Source: Syncephalis fuscata S228
Taxonomy: Eukaryota; Fungi; Zoopagomycota
Length of the DNA: 64,000 nucleotides
Direction: 5' to 3'
Assembly: GCA_025786725.1 (NCBI GenBank)
Contig: JAHLTZ010000058.1
Coordinates: 1 to 64,000 of the forward strand
A model generated the notes under the pieces. That model searched no databases and had not been told where the DNA came from. It saw only the letters and a list, made by a program, of their open reading frames with translations. Within the stretch, counting starts at the first letter, position 1, and every line of letters starts with the position of its first letter. This document shows positions 38,281 through 52,602 of the stretch, piece by piece. The position numbers and the translations under genes are program-made.

Positions 38281-39724
38281 TTTGAATAGATCGTAAGCGT
38301 ATCAAAAAATACAATTCCGTTGAACGGTAGGAAAAAAACGCAATTATCGTAATGAAAAAAATTGGTCGAAAAGATATGGAATTATTTTAAAACTCCTTTA
38401 CTATTTGTATTTATATTCTAGTTCATTAAGGGACTACTGTATTTGGTAACGGCATATGTGCTAGTCACTAAACTCGATTTGGAATTGATAATTATTTGTC
38501 CAAAAAGTAAAATAATAGGTTGTGCCTTATCCATTACTAAATAGAACAGCTAAATGGCATTAGTTTATTTAACATTTTATTGCGGCTTTAGTAGTATATA
38601 CCATTGCATAGACAAAGTTTAAATTTTATTACTATTATTTTAAAACAGAAAATAGCCAGATAACCAATTTTATTTATTTGATAGACAAAATAATAAAACT
38701 CGATAGAATGTAAGTGCTGTAGGAGTAGCGCATTGACATCAAACAGTGTTTCAACAACTATCCAACTTTCTAATTATTTTATGGTGTCGTTTTGTTTACA
38801 CGTGGATCAGATCAGTCTCGATTGTTTTTCCGCTTTATTACAGTTCCGAAAAGTAATAGTGGTAAGTATGCTGTCATAATGCGCTTCACGTGTAAATAGC
38901 ACTATTTATTCATGATCACTGATAGCTCAATATGGTAATTACTTTTTAAAGTGTACCATTTTGGATGCAACGTGCTTAGAATTGGCGTTCCTCAATATGG
39001 TATTGCCCGAGCAAAACGGTAACTTTAATACAAAATCCGCTAAGGAAAATACGGATATTGTGCTAATGCCGGATAAACAGCATTCTATACACTATTTATG
39101 ACTATTTGTAATAATAAGATATTTTGCCTATATTTATAATAAAGCACGATAAGCAGAATGAATTCAATAGTAGCTGCAGTATAATAAAGGTTGATTCATC
39201 ATGTTGCTATTTAGTTTATCCTTAAGCTGATTGACCAACTGGTTAAAATTTTATTTGCATGAACAATCGTACTGCCATTTAATGGCCTATCTAGTATTAA
39301 AAGTCCGTTTTTATTCTAAAATTATCTTTTTTTTAATTAATAAAATATTCGAACTATAAATAACTGATAACATGGTAACAAATGATATATTATTATTATT
39401 ATTTGCGTGAACTTTGGCTAAAATACGAGACTTTTCAAATTAAAAAGGAATAAAAGAAATAGTTGAGTAACAGCTATTATCAACTTGTGAATTATAATAA
39501 TGACGATGAAGATGGCGGTAATGATGCTAACAATACGGAAAAGGAAATATAATACCCGTACAAACATTTAGGGCCAGCCTTGGTTGTTGTTGTTGTTGTT
39601 GTTGTTGGTGCTTTAAGCATTATTGATACAGTAACATAACAGATTATACACAAATATTCAAATGTCTAACGTGCATTTGTATGACGTGTGGTCAGATAAA
39701 AAGCAATTACATACTAGTTGGCGA

Positions 39725-42700
39725 TTAGCGTTTACCAACAATAGCCTGTAGTTCTAGCTTCTCAGCTTCGGCCATACAAAGTTGCATTTTGACATCGACT
39801 ACTTGTCCGGTGAGTTCCTGCATCTGTGCTTCTAATTCGGCATTTTCCATCATCAGTTTAGATTTCCAACCAATAAGCTCGTCTAGCTGTTCACGAACGC
39901 GTTCGTCGCCCTTTTCACGCTCCTCATCGAGTCGACGCTGCATTTGGGTAATTTCATCGCGAAGGGCCTGTTCTCGAGCGGCGGCCTCTTCTAACTTCAT
40001 ACGTTCTTCAACCAGTTGACTAGATATAGTGCACTGTTCTTCGCTCATAGCTACTACTTGTTTTTCAGAACGACGTAGTTCCGATTCAAGTCGTTTATTA
40101 TCACGTCGAAGACTTTCAATGACCGATTGTTCTGACGCCACACGGCGTGCTTCTTGGTGATATTCGGCGGCCCATTGTTCAAGCTGTTTGGCCGAGACTT
40201 TAACATTGGTAGCATCCATGACCAATTTGGCTTCTTGTGTACGATAGACTTCGAATAAATCAGTCTTTAAAAAGGTTAGCAAGTCTTCAAAACCCATGAG
40301 TAGCAAACGAGCACGATTAGCACGCATTAAAGCAACGGCAAATCGATGTAGACTTTCAACGCCTTCGGCAAAGATGATATCCATAATACGATAGACCATC
40401 GATAGAGGGAATTTATAGGCAAAAAATGTCATATACCATTGTGAGGCATACATGGTCGTTTGAATGCCTTGTGCATTAAGATGGCGTGATAGATCGGGAT
40501 GGTGTACAGCCAATAGCTTTTCAAACTGATGTAATCGTACATGCAAGTCCTCCATACTAGGCGTATAGTGACCACGTAAGTTATAATATTGCATTAAACG
40601 TACTAATGTACAAAATGCCTCATCTTCAGGCATCTATTTACTATCATTAGTATCATAGTCAACTGTTCATTATTATTCCTAAACTTACGTGTAATAAAAG
40701 TGGTCCTACGACAAATGGAATACCTTGGCAGTAGCCAACTTCCGTATCAAATAGCGAGTAAGCACGCACTACATTAAACAACGCCGACTGTCCTGGTCCA
40801 TCCTTTTCGCGGAAATAGTCGTGATTTGGAAAAGTACGCGGCAGATCAAGTCGAATTACTTTCTCATGCTGTGAATCACGTTTAAGCAATTCAGCATAGA
40901 CCATTTCAAGTTCCGGATCTTCGGCATGCGCAATTAGACGCCAAACCATACCACGCAGACGAGCTGGAATACCCGCTTGAATACGACGAGCTACCACTTT
41001 GGGATGTCGTTTAACAACCGTTTCATAATCATTAACCAACTGTCCCCAGAAATCTATATTATCAATAGCATTGTTAATAAATTAGTATATTATATATTTC
41101 TATTTGTGCTAATGACTTACCCCAGTCAATTTCTTCATCACTGCCTTCATCGCTATCTTTCAGCGACTGTAATTGACGTGGATCTATACGCATACGACGT
41201 GTCTTTGGGTCTTGTTCTAGTGCACGATTTTGTGCTTCAAGACGTGCTAGCAATAAATCGGCACCCGAATCCGTATCTGTAGTAAATACCGACCACATGA
41301 TCCACGTCGTTGATGAACACCAAGTGAGTCAGATCCAGATGATAATGGTGCACTGCCATCTGGATTGGGCAAAGGTGAACTAGGACGGAAGAAGTACGAA
41401 AGACGACTTGTCATATTCTGCTTGAATGATATAATCGATTCAGCCGGTGTTGGCGGTGGCATTAAAGCCGATGGATCCTTGGGCGATGGTGGCATATGAT
41501 GCATGCCCATTGAAGTAACTGAACTGCCAGATGACCGAATCTTCTCTGAATTTGGTGTAGAAAGCGCTGATCCCACTGACTGTCTATTTAATGACTGTGA
41601 ATCTGTCATTGTAGGTGGACGATCAGGGAATTCTTCGAGTGGTGTATTTGGATTGGAAGGCAATGATTCATTATCCGCAAAGCTTAATGGTGGCGGTGGC
41701 TGTCGACGCAACATGGCCGCCAATGCTGTTTCATTCACCGGTTCATCTTCTTCCTCGTCACTTTCCGTGTCAATATCTTGTTCGGCAATAGCTGCTGCTG
41801 CCGCCTTTGACGCCTCTTCTTCTGCTCTTAACTTGCCCATTAATGCTTGGACATCTTGACCGGCATTTAATGCTTCTTGGGTCTGTCGTTCTGCCGCTTC
41901 ACGTTCTGATGAAGATTGACGTGCTTTACCAAGTAGATCCGCCAACGAAGATGACATATTTAATGCTTCTTCAATCCGACGATCTGTTTCTGGATCATCG
42001 CCAGATGAATTATAGTCATCGTCGTCATCGTCGTCATCTTCTCCATCATCTTTAAATAGTTCAGCTGAATGGGCCCGTTCTAATACTGCAGTATCATTTC
42101 TTAAATGATCAACTATGTCATCTTCATCATTACTGTCCATAGCACTTGGTTCTATTAGATCAGAAACTTGTGTTGGCATACGTTCCATTAGACTTTTAAT
42201 ACGGTCCATGGCTGGATTAGTGGCCTCTTTACTCGTTGAAACAACAGGTGTTGTTGGATCTTCATCTTCATAGGAATCTTTATGCGTATATTCTTCCTTT
42301 TCCTTCTCCTCTTCTTCTTCATTACTATCATCTTCAGATAATTGAAGTTCAGGATGTCGTTGATATGATGCAGTATGGTTAGCTGAAGATTGAATAGGCA
42401 AGTTTTCTTCCTCTTCCTCTTCCTCCTCTTCAGAAGAATTGCTAAAATTCATATGAGAATTACCAACAGCTGGCTGTGCTGATTTGAATGACTGACTATG
42501 ATTAGGCCCACGCGAATTAGATGACCATTTTGACTGAATAGCCTCCTTCTCCTCCTCTTCTTCTTCACTATCCTGAGTTCTGTCATGACAATTTGATGAA
42601 AGCTGTGAGCGTAAACGACTCGTGTAATCTTCTTCATCTGGTTCTAGTTCCGAGTCATTCTGTAAATCTTGTCCATATGAAAATGCCGGCCGCTGCTTTG

Positions 42701-43268
42701 TTCTACCAAATGATGTAACTGGTGAACTCTTTTTAACTTGATATACCGTCTCTTCTTCTTCATCCTGTGTATCGTCTGCCGTCATTGAATGATGACGCAA
42801 GTGTTGAGAATAATGATGTTGAGGCTTTGTTTTAGTTGTTGTATGAGTGTCCATATCATGTTGATCATCACTATCAAATCTAGAAGGACGTAAATCGTCC
42901 ATTGACGCTAAACTATCGTCACTGCGATGATTACTCATTCGGCCAGCCGATCTGTGACGTAATTTTTCACGTAATCTTTGTGTATAATCTTGCCTATCAT
43001 CATTATCGTCATTATCTGCATCGCTTTCTTCTTCCTCCTCCTCCTCCTCCTCCTCATCATCATCTAGATTCCAATGACTAGCCATTTTATTGGTCTTTGA
43101 AGCCGATAATGATGGTTGAGGACGCCAACGAGTCGAATTAGTTGTAGCATGATCATCATAGTCTGATTCCTGTTCAGTGTCACGTTCTCTTCCGCTATCA
43201 TCATCATCGTGGTGATTTGTATTCATTTGCTCTTTGAGTCGCCTCATAAAATCTGATGCATCACTCAT
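39725..43268 (-). CDS. TBC-domain Rab GTPase-activating protein (Gyp5/EVI5-like) with acidic N-terminus and C-terminal coiled coil
   Basis: GIPARLRGMVW, IRLDLPRTFP, VGYCQG, MPEDEAFCTLV and YASQWYMTFF; apparent 1-nt deletion near 41298 (..GS/MWSVF). Confidence 0.9.
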
Positions 43269-45360
43269 TATTATAGCTGTATTATTTGTTGTTGTTGTTG
43301 TTGTTGAAAAATATAACTAAATAAATGAACCTTTTGACTTGCAAGTCAAGACCAGCTGTATACTTCAAACCAAATGTTGACACAAAGAATCAACGTTTAT
43401 ATGGGCACAGAAACAAAGCAATTAAGCTATAGCAATTGCTATGTTGTCGTTGTCGTTGTTGCTGTTGCTGTTGTTATTGTCGTAGTAGGAACGATATGAA
43501 TAATGACGGTTCTAGAAAGAAGAATAATCTTTCGTAGTAACAAAAAGATTATAGTAGTTATATGCCTAAACGTAAAGTATTGATGTAATAGATTAAATAC
43601 TGATAGGCAACAACGGTATCCAAGAGATAGGCATATAGTGAAAGGAATGAGAACAGAATCTAAGCAGATAAACAACACAAACACTAGATGTAGAAACGCA
43701 GTGGAAATACGAAAGACGTAGCAAGTCAATCTGTAAGATGACAAAAGTAAAAAGACAAGATGAGCACTAATAGCTAGAAGCACTCGTTAGTGCGAAAGGA
43801 GAGATGCTTTAGAAAAGAAATAGACGCAGGCTGTGTATAGAATACAGACAATCTGTAAGCTAGTAGATGAAATAGATAAAGAGAGAAAGAATAGAGAGAA
43901 AGAGAGAGAGAGAGAAAGATAGAAAGAAAGGTAAACATAGGCCCGATACAGGCTACTAAGGGAAAGAAGTTGTTTGTAGTTGGTATCGTAGTATGGCTGT
44001 TGTTTAGAATGTCAGGAGAATAAATAAATAGATGTGTGTGTGTGTTTATGTGTATTAATTATATATTTATATGTAGGTATTCATTTGTGTGTGTATTTGT
44101 GTATCTGTAGGTATGATGTGTAGACTTGTGTGTACTTGTATGTACTTGTATGTGTGAAGCAATAAAATAGAATTAAAACATCAATGGCCTTGAATATCAA
44201 CGATGACAGTAGATGCAATGGTATAACACTTTAATCATTGGTATAATCATTTTACTAGTAGTAATTAGTAGTAATTATTATTAAATGGGTTGTTGAGGTA
44301 AGTCTGTTTATACTTAATATCGATCATAACAAAAAACCGTTTCTGAGTAAGACCACTTGATAGATAAATGTTAATCGAAGTGTACGGAACCATGAATTGT
44401 GTCTTGGAAAGGAGAAATACGGGCTTATTCGTTTCAGCCCTAGAGATGCACTTATAAACTTCCTTTCTCTACACCGATTGATAATAACGAAGGGAACGTT
44501 AAGGGGCAAGATAGGAGGCTTTTTTAAGATGTAGAGTTACAGTCAATATACACTTGACCATTTAAACTCAAACAAAATGAGTATTTATAGCCTTGTTAAA
44601 CGGATTTGATACACGGTGTGTTGTACGGTGCACTCAGCGACTAAATGGTGTACTTGATTGACGTGATGTCTTTGTTTATAAAACCATTTATATTAAATAC
44701 TATAGAAACATTTAATACGTGATGTATAACAAAAAATAACCAATTAATAATACAAATTATTAGTAATAAGTTTAATAGTACCGTTATTGTTACTATTGAT
44801 ACTTATAGTTAGTAATATAGATAATAAGTGATTTGTAATAGTTGCTAAAAATAAAATATACAAGTAATAATATCGTGAGAGTATATATATATATGCGACG
44901 GTGTCATTACTGAACTATCTCCGCCATTATAATTTAAATACCGCTATTTATTGATATTAGACGAGTTTAACCCCATTATCTTAATTAACTACTCCGACCG
45001 TCATATGATCCAATCATAGGTTTGAGTGTTATTGATAGTAATACAATAGAGAAACTAGGCACAGTTATCAAGTTTGATGTGCGTAAACAATAGACACAAA
45101 GAATAGATGAAACTAATGGATACAAGGGTAACCATTAATGAAAAATAGGTGAGCGATAATTGATTAGACATTACACTTTAGAGAGTGTAGATTGAAAGTA
45201 TGGTTTATTTAATTCGGTTTATTAGTATTATTGATAAGTACATTAAAACTGTATTAATATCTAATAGTAAATACTAGTTATTTAAAAGTCTTAATTTATT
45301 CATCATCACTTATAGTTGTGTGTAAATATACAGATATGTATATGTTAGTGAGTGAGTGGA

Positions 45361-45364
<4 letters not shown>

Positions 45365-45404
<40 letters not shown>
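45365..45404 (+). repeat. (TG)n microsatellite
   Basis: About 20 perfect TG units. Confidence 0.95.
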
Positions 45405-45405
<1 letters not shown>

Positions 45406-46597
45406 ATATGTATGTATACCTTGAACCATGCTCTCTTATGCATACTATCTATCTACTGGAGAGCATAGGCGTGTTTACACGTGGACTGGCCATGACCGCG
45501 TGTCTGTGCCATGTACGCATGTGCCATACAAAAATAGGCCGTACATTAACCTGCATGGCAATCAATAAATATTCACCTTGAATCTGGCACTACAGTGACG
45601 TTGGTACTTCCTGATGCGGCGTACCAAGCCTTTCACACTGCCACTATTGCTTTCACCGTTTTACTATTGCGGGTGAAATGGCTACTAGTATCAGCATGCA
45701 TAGACTACAATGTTTAGAATCATGTGCACAAACCAATATAGACATGTGCGGGTACACGCATGGATTAATACGATATCATGCATTGTATCATCGATGGCAC
45801 AATTGATATGACACTGCCATCATTGTATCTACCCAACTATCTATCAATTATCATTTAGAAATAATAGCAACGATACTAGTAATGTGTAAGCAATAGCGTA
45901 GAATGTAATATAATAGTTATTAATACGCTAATTGACGTAATAGTTAGAATCAAGGCCTATTAGCAGTAAGAAGAAAGTAGCCGCCATATTAAAAATAAAT
46001 AGCTATCCAATAAGACGCGACAACATCAAGGACAGTTTTTTGTAACCAACTACGATGAGTTGGAAATGAACAGTGCATGTGACCCGGAACGAAACGAAAA
46101 AAGATGGTCACTCAAAAGCTAAACACCAAAAAATACTTGGAATCAATTCCTTGAAAATAAAACACACATATATACACAAAATACAAGTACTGAGTGTGTG
46201 AATATATAAGTATTTTATAGTTAATAACGATGTTTATTAATACTATACTGTATGTATATCTGTATAGATGTATTGCTGTTATCTGTATTCATGTGTGTAT
46301 ATCTGTATATCTGTATGTATGTGTGTATGTGGATGAATGAATGAATGAATGATGATTTCTCCGACTTGCGTGGTCATATCACACATTTACTTATCATGTT
46401 GTGTGTGTGTGTGTGTTCCCTGGCCTCCCTTTTTCATCAAAGAAACCGCGCACACCACAACGAGCTTGTACTTGCTCACACACTTCATCTCATTGTGCTT
46501 GCCACACCTTGTTCTTTTGTTCGTCGCTACATCATTGATTACTTCTACGCCAACTTTGAACCATTTAGTACCTATTACTCTACACGCTTCCTTTTCT

Positions 46598-46598
<1 letters not shown>

Positions 46599-46629
<31 letters not shown>

Positions 46630-46648
46630 ACTACTACTTACTACTACG
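46599..46648 (+). repeat. (TAC)n microsatellite
   Basis: Near-perfect tac repeats upstream of the RhoGAP gene. Confidence 0.9.
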
Positions 46649-47159
46649 TTACAACCTATTCTACCTATTAGTTGCAACTAATAATACGTTCGCGGTTGCT
46701 AGTTCCACTATCATCCTGACATTCGTTATTTAAATACTAGCTTATTGGCTATTATTAGTCTATGCCGTCGTATTAGTGAACATAATTAGTTTTCTACCGT
46801 ATTATTGGCATTACTCGATACTATTGAAGTGCTAGTTAGTATTCTGTGTTGTAACGTTGTTATCGCTACCGTAATTGTTGTTTCGTTGGTCAATTTGTTC
46901 GATTGGCTATATTAGTATACATTAATAATTGCTAGCTCTGTGTCCTACCAGTGCCAGTAATAGTAATAGTACTGAACTGATTTGTACCGAAGAAGATACA
47001 TTAATATTCACAAAGACTATAATTGTAGTAGTGCCAAAAGCTGCTATTCCCCTTTATATATAATTAAGCTTAACGAACCCGCTTCGATCGCTGTCCTAGT
47101 CTTGTATATCGACTCTAGTTAGTCGTGTACTTGCTTTCTATCATCCTTATTTCTATATT

Positions 47160-50100
47160 ATGACCGTGGCACCTGGCCCATCTCTCGTAGTTGAATCAAT
47201 GGCGCTTGAAGCACCACGCGAAGAGTGGGTGGAGATCCAGGATCCACAATCTGGCAATATATTCTATGCAAATCCGGTAAGTTGGCTATAGCATGTTTGA
47301 ATATGCCATAAACTAATGGTCTAATTTTGTGATATGTATATTGGATGTGTTGTTTTATTTGTACATGATATACACTTATAGAATACAGGCGAATGCTCAT
47401 GGGAGGAGCCTATGAATGCACACATGTAAGTGATACCGGGAGTAAGGAGTATGACGACAAAGTGGTTTCAAAGTCAAAGCTTTAAAATGGATTGTACGAT
47501 TACTAAACGTCGTTTCAATTTATTTGCATGCATTTGAACTATGTGTAGTTATTATAACAATGGCATAATAATGATAGCTGACTTTTAATCTATGGCTATG
47601 ACTATAACTGTTATTAGTAAACCACGCGATCCAACTGGTGAATGGTGGGAGTTATTTGACGAGACACACGGACTACCCTACTACTATAATACGTATACTG
47701 GTCAGACAGAATGGCTTCGGCCGGAAGTTGGCACGGTGATCCCACTTCATGCATTACAGGTACGCATCGGCATTATGTGTCTATTGTAATATGTAGATGC
47801 ATGCATGACAATCTACTAACCACAGTGGATTAAAATAGAATTCCACCATTGGCAAGCGAGTTTCAATGGCCATTACTGATCGTGCCTCACGTGTACTTAG
47901 CAGTGAAGATGTTGATTTCAGTAAATTGGAACAAATGTATGGCAAACAAGGCCAAGGAGCTGCTGCTTGTCAGCGTAATAACATATACCAAATGGCACCG
48001 TCAAACAGTGGTGATGGCCAAAACAATCAAACTTACGCACAAAGGCAACAACAACCGTCGAACTTCAATGTGGTGACACCTCGTTCTTCCGTCTACAGTG
48101 AAAGTAAAATGAGTGAAGCTAGCATATATAGCACACAATATACATCGATGGGACAACAGCAACAACAACCACAGTCACAGCAGCCACAATATCGACAGCA
48201 GCAACATCAGCAATCACAGCCACGACAACAACAACAACAACAGCAATTGCAGCATCGACAACAACAACAACAGCAATCGCAGCATCGACAACAACAACAA
48301 CAGTCACAGCAGCAGCAACAACAACAACAGCAGCAGCAGCAGCACTACCGACACCGCTCTCAAGGAGCTACTAGTGAAGCTATAAGAGCTACTACTGGTC
48401 CAAACGGTAATCAAGCAGCTACTAGTCGACATCGACCACACGCTAGTGCGCACGTACAGCACTCGATTCCAAAGGTAAGTGATTAACACACCACTACAAT
48501 TATTATATACTAACTATTTATTGTAGATCTCTTGTAGCAATATTGATGAAGAAGCCAATATGGCTATGCCTACACATCCAATGCTTAAACAAGGCAATCG
48601 ACCAGCCAATGAGGATGGCCATGGCGCACAGCAGCAGCAAATGAGTCTGCAACAACGACGTAAGATGCAAAATGGTACCACCAATGGTTCGTCATCACAA
48701 ACGTTGCAAGCTGTTGATCGTTCACGTAATATCACTCGCTCAGCCAGTGCCATAGATCTTAAAATCGGTAGTCCCGATAATATAGATGCAAATGGCAATG
48801 GTCTTTATGTTCAACCCACGCACACCACCGCCAGCGTAGTTGAGTTTCATCGTGGTGGCGATGATGACTATCCAAGATCCGCTGGACTTTTACGTACGGA
48901 TGACTATAGTAATCAGAATCAGAGTGCGTTTTATGAAATCATTTTTGAAGGTCATTTTCTTGTTGTTTCTTTTTTATTTATTTATTTGTTGTTGTTGAAA
49001 GAGGGAAAATGACCGCGGGGCGAAAATAACACTATAGAGCCAAAACTAACCTTTTTTTGCTTTTCCTTTTTATTTTAGTGGAAACCGGTGCTACATTAAT
49101 GTCGCAATCACCATCGGCCAAATCAGCGCCACAGAGTCGGTAAGTAGTATGACAAGTTAGTGTTAGCATCTTATTTACTTGTCTACTTATTGATAATGGA
49201 TTTAGTACTTCATTGCCTGATTTGCACGATGATCCAATTATTCAACTTCAAATTGATGGGTTTGCCAAGAAACACTTTGCCACCCACAAAAAGGGATTGT
49301 TCCGTCGTAAAGTGCCAGTTGAGAAGATGTTGCAATGGTCAAGAGTAGGTTATTACATAAATAATTTGTTTAATTCAATACTAATTGGTGTTAACTAGGA
49401 ATCGCTCAAATTGCCTCTACTTACTTTGAACAAGAATGCTCATCGTGATGCACTTAAAGTATTCAAGATCATTCAGCGTATTATGGGTGACCGTCCTCGT
49501 GTACGTGGCAGCACTGCCGTTGAGGATATTCAATGGGTATTGGACCGTGGTCTACAAGAACCAGAACTACGTGATGAGATATACGTTCAACTGTGTAAAC
49601 AAGTGACGGCCAATCCAAGTAGGCAAGTGTTTGCTATTTAAACGTATATGAAATAATAGACTAACCTACCATTAATATCAGTACAAGTGTATTTAAAGGC
49701 TGGGAATTGCTTAGTGTCATTTGTGTCACATTCCCATCTTCAAAGAACTTTGAAGACTATCTAAAATGCTTTATACAACAGCACTTTAACGAACCAGACC
49801 GTATTGATATTATGGCAGTTCATTGTCACAAGAAATTGCTACGTATTATTAACACAGGTCCAAAGGGTAAAGCACCGACCTTTGGCGAGATTGAACATGC
49901 CAAAGCGGCCGCTTTCAATCCAACTGTATTTGGTGAAGGTCTTGATACTATTATGGAAATGCAAGAAAAAGACTTTCCTGATCTGCCTATTCCACGTATT
50001 CTTGCCTTTCTGGCTGAAGGCATTCTTGAGCTTAATGGTCAAAAGTCCGAGGGTATATTCCGTGTACCGGGCGATGTTGACTTTGTTACCAATCTCAAAC

Positions 50101-50521
50101 TACGTATTGAGAAGGGCAATTACGATTTAGCCGGTATTACTGATCCCAATGTACCCGCATCTCTACTTAAGTTCTGGCTTCGTGATTTGGCCGATTCACT
50201 TATTCCGGGCGATTCCTATCGTGAATGTATTTCAAATGCCGAGGATGCCAAGTCGGCCCTGGCCATTGTTGCCCGACTACCCGACATTAACCGACAAGTG
50301 GCCGAATACATTATCGGATTCTTCAAGTATTTGCCCGACCCGAGTGTAGTCAACGCACCAAAATGACGATTGATAACCTTGCTATGGTGTTTGCACCCAG
50401 TTTCCTACGCTGTCCAACAAGCAGTCTGACCCAGATCTTTGAGAATACGCGGCATGAACAAGCGTTTGTTAAAACACTTATTCTGAACATGCAATGCCGG
50501 CCTATCGACAAAAGAACATGA
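47160..50521 (+). CDS. WW + MyTH4 + RhoGAP protein (ARHGAP39-like)
   Basis: WW domains (EWVEIQDPQSGNIFYANP; WWELFDETHGLPYYYNTYTGQTEWLRP), polyQ linker, MyTH4 (LRDEIYVQLCKQVTANPS) and RhoGAP (SEGIFRVPG, ASLLKFWLRDL, KMTIDNLAMVFAPSFLRC). 1-nt deletion near 50320; GC-AG intron 49623-49681. Confidence 0.9.
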
Positions 50522-51327
50522 ATTTACATTTAGTAGTTCTTTCTCTTTGTTTCTTTCTCTTTTCTTTCTTTTCTCAGTTTTTTCTACGTAATTTCAAGAC
50601 AGTGCAAACGGTGATTGCTCTGTGGTTGATGTATACAATAGATATTCATCTACAACAAACAAACAAGTAGAAAGAGAATCACCCAAGCTCTTAAGATATA
50701 CGAATCATCTATGCAAGCCACTATACTTTTATCTATTGTCATTGACACACAGAATATATTATTACTATTATTATTGCTATATTATGACTATTATCCGTGT
50801 TGTTAATGTAGTTAATGTTTGCGTTGTTGTTGTTATGGTCATTATTAATAATCTACCGTGGTTATTTGATATGTAACACGTGATAACCCAACTCTAATCT
50901 TTTCCTGTCATGTTTAATAAACATGTGTGTTAGATGTGTATTAACAGTCCTTCGGTCATTATAAACACCGCGCCATTGCCTTGATTTTCTTTTTCTTGTT
51001 ACCGGTTACCGGCTGTTGTTGTTTCAGTCGTTTATTTTTGTTGTCACTTTGATCACTTTTATCTTGTTATTGTTCTAAGTTTCCTATATATATATATATA
51101 CTATAGGGAAAGAGTTATACGATAGATAGGACGGTAGCCATATCTATTCTAGTATAACGTACACATCTAGTTTTTTATATAGTAAATTAACTGCACTAGC
51201 ACGTCATCTTTAAGGCTGCAATTACTATATTTTTCTTTTTAAACCAAATTTATTTACATTACAAAAAGACTATTAGCAATACTACGACTACAATCTTTTC
51301 TAGTTAGTATTGCAGCAATTAGGGACG

Positions 51328-52434
51328 ATGATTCAATTTGCTCCTCTTAATGTACCGCGTCAACGCCGTCTTCAGACTTTGGCCGTGTTGCTATGGATAT
51401 TGATGTTGCCAATATGTTTGAGCATCTTTCTCTACTGTGTCTGGCATGCGGCAACTTGGCCATTAGTCACGGCCTACATGACGTTTATGTACTTTGACGT
51501 GGCACCCGAACATGGTGGACGTAAAATTGAATGGATGCGTCGGCTTATTTTCTGGCGTTGGTTTGCTGACTATTTCCCTATGCGGCTTCATCGGGAAGTA
51601 TTACTTGATCCATCACGTAATTATATATTTGGTAAGCATTAAATTGATTAAAATAGTATGGTTATGGTTATTAATTACAATTGATTGTACTAGGCTATCA
51701 TCCCCACGGTATTATCAGTATGGGTGCGTTTACTAACTTTGGTACTGAAGCAAATAATGTAAGCGAATTACTGCCTGGCATTAATTGCCGCTTAATGACC
51801 TTGGCATCGAATTTCAGCATTCCATTGTATCGCGACTTTATCCTATCGCTTAATATTACATCAGTGTCACGAAAGTCAATTGAACGCATTTTGGCCAAAG
51901 GGCCTGGTAATTCGTGTATGATTGTTATTGGTGGTGCGGCTGAAAGTCTTAATGCACGGCCTGGTGTTAGTGACTTGACACTAAAGAAACGACTTGGCTT
52001 TATTAAACTGGCTATTCGCAGTGGGTAGGTTATTAGTAATCGCTTTATATCCAGTATCTAACATTGTGCGATATAGAGCTGATTTAGTACCAGTATTTTC
52101 GTTTGGTGAAAATGATATCTACGATCAAGTAAATAATGAACAAGGTTCGATGGTACGCACAATACAGACACGTTTCCAATCGATCTTTGGTTTTACCACG
52201 CCACTATTTCACGGTCGAGGTATTTTCAACTATAGTATGGGTGTTCTACCGCATCGCCGTCCTATCAATACAGTTATTGGTCGACCCATTCGAGTACAGC
52301 AGTGTGATAACCCAAGTATGGAACAAGTGTTGGCTGTACAGCAACAATATATTAAAGGATTACAATCGGTCTATGATAACCATAAAGATGTATATGCCAA
52401 GGATCGTATTCGCGAATTACGTATCGTAGAATAG
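51328..52434 (+). CDS. DGA1: Diacylglycerol O-acyltransferase 2
   Basis: FAPLNVPRQRRLQT, DYFP, YHPHG, GGAAESL, RLGFIKLA and LVPVFSFGEND; two introns. Confidence 0.95.
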
Positions 52435-52602
52435 AGCCATATGGTACCGACAGATATAAACAATGGCGTTGTTTATTCTAACAAGACAATCTTATTCTTT
52501 CTCATTTAATCTTTCTACGTTGCTATTATTTTATTTCATTAAATGTCCTTCATTATATACTATATTTATAAAGTGCTTAAAGACAATGATAACTATTTAT
52601 TA

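Noticed and set aside
44330-44530. Possible snRNA or RNase MRP-like gene (hairpin gggcttattcgtttcagccc, T-runs)
   Set aside because: None of the conserved U1/U2/U4/U5/U6/U3/MRP/SRP motifs could be matched by eye.
43439-46681. Short ORFs rich in V/C/L/Y/T runs
   Set aside because: Products of microsatellites in intergenic or UTR sequence.
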